64,000 nt of DNA from Rhodosorus marinus CCMP1338. Lineage: Eukaryota; Plantae; Rhodophyta. Both the position numbers and the translations under genes were made by a program. The stretch covers positions 1-64,000 of the forward strand of contig JAMWBK010000001.1 of NCBI GenBank assembly GCA_029953675.1. The letters run 5' to 3'. Below are positions 56,851-64,000 of the stretch, piece by piece. Numbering within the stretch: the stretch's first letter is position 1; each line of letters starts with the position of its first letter. Under the pieces are notes generated by a model. That model worked only from the letters and a program-made list of their open reading frames with translations, was not told where the DNA came from and ran no database searches.

Positions 56851-59800
56851 TTTTTCCTCCCTCAGCAACTCAGTGAACCTTCAGAAACTAAAGAAACTAT
56901 AGTTCCGTTCCCCTAGTCCCAGATCAACAGTGCACGATGACTCGCTCGCCTTAGATCCTAAGCCCGACCTCGCTGGAAGCATGCTTGTTCGTAGGCAGTT
57001 TTATACTCTTTTAACCTTTCCAGAGTAACTCGGACACAGCCACCCCAGAGGTGAAGACTTGAAAAAAAAAACTAAACGCCCCCGAAAATCTCGTTTGGCA
57101 AGGGGTAGGGCAGATCAATTTTCACCGCACCTACCGGGTAGATGTCTTCACGTGGCCGGGAATTGAGTGCCAGTCTTTTCAATCCTCCCTTTAACGTGCT
57201 CTTGTGAGGTGGGATGGAGCATTCAAGGGCTTCCCAGCATTAAGAGTTTTGAACGATTTTTCTGAGTCAAATCTGTTCTATCTCGAACTATCACACATAC
57301 GGCTCAAAAAAAAAGCAGAAAAAGAAGCGGGGCAGGAAGTACGTGGATAGATCGGGAATTAGCTTGGCGTGTGGAAGAAATTTATTGGGTTACATGCATC
57401 AAGAGCAAATCATTTGCGTGTTGAAAGTCAAGACCAGCCAATTATTATCACTGGAGTCATCCGCGGAAAACGAACCGACAGCGACGGGGTCAATGCCTCC
57501 TTGAATCGACGAGAAAAGGCTCTAGCAGCATCTAAAACTTGGGATTCTAGAAATCAAGCTCTTCCTTACCCGGGTAAAACTGAAGAAAGACGAGAAATAG
57601 TATATCGAATAATATTTTCCCACAAGCACCTCATGACCACAGAACAAGACATCGTCACAAAAAATTACAATATTCAATATCACTCGTTTTGAAAGGCCCG
57701 AAGAACTGCCTCTCTTGGCTCCCAGAACATGGGGTACAAAAATAAACATTTCTCGAAGAAGAAGCATTTTCATCCTTGCCAACTATGGTCCATTTCCAGG
57801 GGTGGTAGTGGGGCACACCACAGCATGGATTTAGCTTGTCTCAGAAGAAAATCAGACGATTGGGGGGAGATAGATGCATTGCTTCAACAGTGCGTCCTGC
57901 CTCTTGGACAGGCTGTCCTATCTAAGAATTGCATAGGCGGCTGATTTTGAGGTTTCAGTTTGCTTTTACCCATGCAGAATGATCGTTGGGCTAAGGGGGG
58001 GTACGAGTGACGCGCACATCACACATTCTTAGAAACGGTTCGACCATCTGAACGGTCTTTGTCTTCCAAATGACTAGCAACCGCCGCCCGGTCCCAAAAC
58101 CCCAAAATAAGCGGGTAGTTGGTCAAAGTCACGGTGGAAAAGACGAGCGAGGAATATGGCTGCTCTCTAGGGTTTCGAATTTTTGACAGTTTCGAACCCA
58201 TCACCCCTATGGCTCTAAATTAAATTCAAAAACAAATTTTGGTAAAAGCCCCCCACTTTCCTCCCCGTGACTTCTTCATGCAGCCCTTTTCAGGACTTGT
58301 TAGAAGTCTACGTTTCGCAACTGGCTCAGTCCACACTAGGTGGACAGGTGGACAGGTGGACCTGCGGAAGGATCACTCAAAATGGAGTTGGAGAGCGCGG
58401 AAGAGCTTCTCAGACATAGTCCTCTCCGATCCTCAGGGTGCATAGGCTCTGAATAATTTGTTGTTGTTGTTGTTGTATGTTGACGTCGGGTCCGAAAACC
58501 ACCCTCATCTGCTCAACGCGTGAAAAGTATGCGGAGCTGCCCTCATCTGCACAATGGCAGAGAAACGTCCTCAATTTCCGTGCATTCTACGTTCACAGAG
58601 CGAGCCAGTCCGCTGGTGCGGATGCGACAAGCTGCGCAAGTTTCTTGACAATTCTGATAGGCACAAGACGGCAACTAAAAAATCTACCTCAGTTGGGTAG
58701 CAAGGAATTTTTTTGATGTTTCAAAACTGAGCAATGGAGCGATTCATCGGATTTGGGACAAGTTCCTCGAGCAGCAAACATTTTCGTCAGCACCACAGAA
58801 AGAGCTAGTCCGCTTGCGAATCCATCGTGTAAAGGATTGTTCTATGCATATGAGGCTGGGATGATTGCTCCTCAAGCAGGAGATATTGGTTGCGAGCAAG
58901 CAGTGATCGAACATTCGTGAGCCCTACTTTGAACCTTCCGACCTCGAATACGCGATAGAAGCGTGCTTGATGATGAAATCAAAATTGGAACAGCAATAGA
59001 TGCTTTGAACCGCCAACCAAAATTTCAGACTGCTGGTGCATTGTTAGGAAGGGCGACTGGTTCAACGCATAAAACAACTAAAGACAACGAGTGGAAATCA
59101 GGTTCAGGTTGTAAAGTGAAAATGCTCTGTGGGTGGGTGACCCTTCGCCTGCTTAAGAGCGGGACATATGCTCGCCACGACCCTTTCGAATCTCCCGATT
59201 TAGCCCTGCTCACACTGTAGCAACTTCAGCGCCAAAGAATAGACACTTCCTCGCCGAAGGGCAAGATTTTAAGATTTGGGCGGCCTGGTTTTTGCTGGAC
59301 AATGGGGTTTGCAGTGTGGCACAGGCTGTGACCGTTCGCGTAAGAGCGAGTGTGAGGTTCACGTATCACCCTTGACAAACTAGAATATCGTCGCGTAGGA
59401 CGGAAAGGGTTATCTGGTGAAGAGTTCAGTGATGATCACCGGAAATCTAAACCGACAATCACAACTTAGGCTATTGGTCTACGGTTTGCTGTCAAGCGCT
59501 TGACAAGCGTGCTCTTTCGAGGATAGGAGAGACAGGTTTCGGTTGCTTAGCATACCCTTCGACCTCCGAGACTTTTACTGTCACGGAACAGAGTCTTGTT
59601 CCAAATTCGCACTATGAGGATTGCATTCAGCTTCCAATCGTTCATTGGCCTGAGCGGCCAAATTCACGGGCTAAAAGTGGTCTCCTACGACGTTGGTTGA
59701 TTTGCATGTCCAAGAAGCTGTTGGCATGACCTCCGAAGCTCGGCGGAGCTCGCTCATGCTTCGAAGTAAAATCGCGCTTCCACCTTGATTTGCGAAATAA

Positions 59801-60116
59801 GTTTCGTTCCAGTACCGCTACTATACAGACTGAACCCGAAGAACCTTGGAGACGCGTGGCACCTAGCACCTAAAGTTTTCAGGTCAGTGTGGGACCAACT
59901 ACGCACGCTAAGAACTTGATCTGGATTTGTTTGCCTTAGCTTGGCCCAAGACTTGTTTTACGTGCCGATCATGAGAATTTCGTGCCTTTCCAAACAGTAA
60001 AGTGCTGAGGATAACACAGATAGCCTGCACGCGCGTTTTGAATATAAAGAAAAAAGACTAACGCATCAGAGCCGGCTCAGTCCAACTCACCAGCTGTCGA
60101 TGTTACAAGCATGTCA

Positions 60117-60922
60117 CTATTCGTCGTCCTTCCCTGCTCGTGAAATGTATTTTGCGTCCCGTACATCAACTCTGATCTTTTCGCCCTGTTTGATAAACAA
60201 GGGAACCTAATGAAGTGGATAGTAGATTATACAAATCGCAACGTAAGCGATTTGTTCGTGAATGCCCCGGCAATGCTGGTTCCAAACAAGTTCCGCACCT
60301 GTATAACTGCGCCGGTCTCTAGCGTTGCTGGTTTGGTACCTCCTTGCACCGTATTGCCTTTAACACCGGGATCTGTCATGGTGACTTCGAGAACCATCTG
60401 CTTTGGAAGGTCCACATCCAGAACCTTTCCCTGATATCTAAGAACGTCTACATCAAGTCCTTCCTTCATGAACTTCGCCAGGTCACCGAGTGCAGAGGTA
60501 GGGAGTCTTTCTTCTTCAAACGTTTCCATATTCATGAACACGAATTCGTCCCCGTCCAAGTACGTATGCTGCATTGTGGACTTCTCCAGCAAAGCTTGAA
60601 TAACGGATTCACCCGCCCGAAACGTTTTCTCAATATTATTCCCGCTCTGAAGATTCTTCAACTTGGTGCGAACAAAGGCGGAACCCTTTCCAGGCTTCAC
60701 GTGCAGAAACTCCAGAACCTTGTGGACCTGTCCGTCCAGCTCAATGGTTGTTCCGACACGGAAATCGTTCGACGTCAGCATAGAAATCTTCGCTCTCCTC
60801 AACCTCCTCCATTCCGTGCCAGCGACAGATCTCCCCAGAAAACTACTTCGAACTCCACAAAACGCTTTCCCTCTTCCAGCCGTTCGCCCGCAAGCACTTG
60901 TTGCAACAAACCCTGTCCTCAT
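60117..60922 (-). CDS. efp: Translation elongation factor P, plastid-targeted, 2 exons
   Basis: Exons are 60922-60299 and 60206-60117. Motifs: [84 protein letters not shown]. Confidence 0.96.
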
Positions 60923-61879
60923 AGTTGAGTATTCAATGAATTCCTCCCAAGAATTCAGATTCTCTTGTGTATCCAACTATTGATTTCGTCAATCCTGCGT
61001 CCGTCACACTCACTACAGATATCAGAAGAAGCAAATGGATGCTTGCCCTTCTCCTAGTCAGCCAGAAAGCCAGAGTAAGTAAAACTCCCGATCGACACCG
61101 ATCACACTTGTACGGTCTCGTTACACCCCCCGACGATTGTTTTTTTCAATAGAATATCTGGTCAATCTGGATCAGGCAGACGTCGGGATTGGATTGCTTC
61201 AATCTAAATACTGTGGGTCGGAAACTTGATTGGAAAACGTTTTTAACGGCATCCGGTGGTAAGCGGCTGTTCCTGTTCTCCAAACGGAAGATCCTCCGCT
61301 AAGCGCATCGACAAGAACACATTGCCTTCTACTCACCATCTGTGGCGCGGCATCGTCGTCTTAACCGTTCGGCAAAAAAAAAAAACCTTACTCCAGAGCT
61401 TAGCACACGCCATTCTCGTATCCGACGGGATCCCGGTCATGACATGGTCTTGGCTTGGGTTGCGCTACACAGGCAGTTCCTTATACACTATGTTGACGAC
61501 TAGGCAGCAGGGACTAAATCAGTTGCTGCGATAAGAACAGACCGCCGAATCTTTTGAGTAGGCTTCTAGCTCCTGCTTCAGAAGAGATCCTCATGAGCGA
61601 TACGCAGAGGAGTCCTTAGGACCCCTTAGGAGGACTCGAGCCATTGGTATCGTCCAGATCTTTTGTTTCTTCAACATGCAATGACTGGAGGATCAAACTT
61701 AGGCTTGCACTAAGGCCCATCCTTCACATGCATCTCTTCCCAAACTTCAGGCGATTTTTGTCAACGTCAGGAATGGAGTGTACAATCCCAAACCAAAGCA
61801 CAAACGACACCACGGCTGAGCCCGGCGGCGAGTCATATGGCAAGTCTCCGGACAAGTACATTCATTCAGACCGTCTGAA

Positions 61880-62200
61880 GAGCTTGGAGCATAGCATGCC
61901 CATCTTGAGGTCGGTGGGGGTCATATGGCGGGCCTCCGCACAAACGCATTCATTCAATGCTGTCAGAAAAAACGTCTGAACCAAGTGGAGGATAGGTGAG
62001 CTTCCGGGAACGATGAATCTAACCGAGACCTCGCGGTTGACAAGTTGTATGTACAGAGTATGGAGCATAGGATTCTTCACGCTGAGGTCGGTGGGCCACA
62101 TGGCCCGGCCTCCGCGTAAAAAAAGTCTGAACAAAGTGGAGGATAGGTGAGCTTCTGGCAACGTTGAATCTAACCGAAACCTTGCGGTTAACGTATTGCA
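61880..62200. repeat. Imperfect direct duplication of about 150-175 bp
   Basis: TGGAGCATAG (61885/62061), GAGGTCGGTGGG (61907/62084) and TCTGAAC.AAGTGGAGGATAGGTGAGCTTC (61975/62126) each occur twice. Confidence 0.8.
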
Positions 62201-62487
62201 TGTACTCATACACTCTAATTCACAACAGGAACCGTCAAACTATTTAATTTCAGATATAGTTTCAGCAGTCAAAACTTCACAGTGTGGCACGCAAATTTAA
62301 GCTCTAGTCGCCACTACCGTTGTCAAAGAAGTCATACGCAAACGAAGCAAAATGCGGGAGAAAGGGGCCGTCGACGAACACACCCCCAACGAAAAACCCC
62401 AGGCAAAGAAACACGACCATCGGGGTGGGATGCGATCAATAGAAAGTCCAGTGTCCATCGAGGAGAGGCTTTTTGAAAAGCCTTCTT

Positions 62488-63366
62488 CTACGACGCGACG
62501 GCCTCAGCAACCTCGGCGACGGGTTCCATTGGCGCGGCCGGTGCAGGCGGTGCAGCAACTTCTTCCATAGGAGCATCCGGCTCCATTGCCTCAACGGCCT
62601 CTGCGGCAGGTGGCTTGGCGGCATCCACAGCGGCTTCCGCATCCGCCTTGAGCGATTCTACAGTAATATCCAGTTTCTCCTTGTTCTGCTCGACCATTGG
62701 TTGCATCGCAGAAAGAGTCTCCGAATACTTCTTGTAGTAGTTGCCATGAGAGGCTACCAACGTAGTCCCGGCGCTCTCAAAAACAGTGGGAAGAGCTTTT
62801 AGAAGATTATCCAGTCTCGCTCTAAGACGATCATGCTTGAGATCGTATTCCTGCTGTGCCATTTGCAACTTCATCTCCGTGCCTGCCTTCTTTACCTCGT
62901 CGGTAATCTTAGCCAGCTTATCCGTGTACAGATCGTACTCCACTCGGGCCTTGTCATACTCAGTGAATTCAAGTCCTGTACTCTTCTTCGCTTCTCTGAT
63001 GTAGTTTTTCACTAACTCAAGTCCTTTCATAATTTCCTCACGATCGGTATCGTTCACAACCTTGCTCTCAAGATCCACCAGAGCGGCTTGCGTGGTAGGA
63101 ATAATATGTTCATCCTTCATCTCCTCGGGGATTTTCTCTGAGATTTTCCCGAAATTCGCAGATGACTTGGTTGTAGCACTCCATTCCTTGCCAGAACTCT
63201 CAATCAACTTGATCATCTTCTCCAGTGTCTTCACCGCCTTCTCGATGGACTTTTTGTCCTCGACAACCGCCTTATCATAATGAGCGGACTTGGAAGCGCC
63301 TTTGAGCCCAACGCTCTCTTCCGCCTTTCGAGCGCTGTGCTTTGCACCATGCAGACAGTTCCCCAT
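62488..63366 (-). CDS. BAR-domain-like all-helical protein with a putative N-terminal myristoylation/palmitoylation motif
   Basis: Intronless 292-aa ORF starting MGNC. It contains the BAR-type pattern RVEYDLYTDKLAKI..EMKLQMAQQEYDLKHDRL..L and an Ala/Pro/Glu-rich tail. Confidence 0.65.
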   Translation of the reverse strand: MGNCLHGAKHSARKAEESVGLKGASKSAHYDKAVVEDKKSIEKAVKTLEKMIKLIESSGKEWSATTKSSANFGKISEKIPEEMKDEHIIPTTQAALVDLESKVVNDTDREEIMKGLELVKNYIREAKKSTGLEFTEYDKARVEYDLYTDKLAKITDEVKKAGTEMKLQMAQQEYDLKHDRLRARLDNLLKALPTVFESAGTTLVASHGNYYKKYSETLSAMQPMVEQNKEKLDITVESLKADAEAAVDAAKPPAAEAVEAMEPDAPMEEVAAPPAPAAPMEPVAEVAEAVAS

Positions 63367-64000
63367 TACACCGAACTCCGATGAGAATCAACAAAGCTGA
63401 GTTGACTAATACGCTGGCAAATTCCTGACCGACCCAGAAAAACCAACCCGATTGCTTCGACACTACGTTGCCTACTCCACCTCGACTACTACCCGCGACC
63501 AGCACTATCAATGCTGTACAAGCATATGCGGGGCACTTGCTGCGTAGTCACATAAACACTCTCAATAAAAACGTTTCGATGAGGACACGAATTCTGGCCA
63601 GGAGAACCGAGTGGTCCAATTTAAATGCATCAAAATCTCATTGAGGGGCCAAATATACCCCTTACTAGAATACTATGCTCTTCAAACCAAAACAAAAAGC
63701 AGTATATCCAGAGCGCTGCGATACTCAGCACGGGGTATGAAAATTGACAATTGCGTTTAAATAGGAACAAAGGGGTGATATCATGTCACTCAGATGGTGA
63801 TCTTTTTTGGATAAAATATCGAAGTGTTGTTAGAAGATTTTTCTGGTTTCGGGCGTTCGGGAATTGGCCACAGACCCCGTGGCCATGTGTTCTGGGTTCA
63901 TACGGAGGATCCTACTTTTCTGATAAAACCTGAGCCTCGAAGGGAGAGGGGGGGAGGAGGGGGGGTGCTTTGAAGTGGATCTTCAGAGCTTCGACGTAAC

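Noticed and set aside
57369-59220. Short ORFs and a plant-type telo-box (TAGGGTTT at about 58148) in the 3-kb gap between cbbX and efp
   Set aside because: There are no motifs or splice-consistent gene model, and an 8-bp match is expected by chance.
59547-59558. TTAGCATACCCT, a 12-bp match to a family B tail variant
   Set aside because: It has no flanking duplication and lacks the terminal AAAGCC, so it is likely chance.

Overview
This window looks like the left end of a chromosome from a compact eukaryotic algal genome, most likely a red alga. The taxon call is inferred from a nuclear cbbX, short MAF/MVSAF-type plastid transit peptides and many roughly 75-175 bp GT-AG introns. It opens with 30 near-perfect copies of a 16-bp C-rich repeat (CCCCAGACTAACGTAA; G-strand GGGGTTACGTTAGTCT) that behaves like a telomere. 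About 25 kb of subtelomere follows, dominated by at least three families (called A, B and C here) of CRE-like non-LTR retrotransposons encoding RT, a CCHC knuckle and a restriction-like endonuclease. They form head-to-tail arrays of near-full-length, internally deleted and 5'-truncated copies. Gypsy-type relics and one intron-rich gene for a secreted six-cysteine-module protein are interspersed. Further in lie VPS13 (about 12 kb, with an apparent aegerolysin-like C-terminal domain), a second retroelement patch (39.6-44.9 kb), and a gene-dense block: Tic22, ispG, a hypothetical gene, an aluminium-resistance/Met-gamma-lyase family gene, cbbX with a Q/P/G repeat insert, plastid EF-P and a BAR-like protein. 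The most interesting signal is an apparently telomere-coupled retrotransposon system. Element polarity matches priming from the G-strand, and the terminal copy is truncated and capped by telomere repeats. Single telomere units sit at internal element junctions. The family B 3' tail ends in CC and is joined to AG(A) targets like the telomeric CCCC|AGACT. The tail is reiterated in 9-60 bp units and also occurs as 11-30 bp micro-insertions with target-site duplications. All family and domain assignments come from motif recognition by eye, and no searches were run. Some frameshifts lie in homopolymers and may be sequencing errors.
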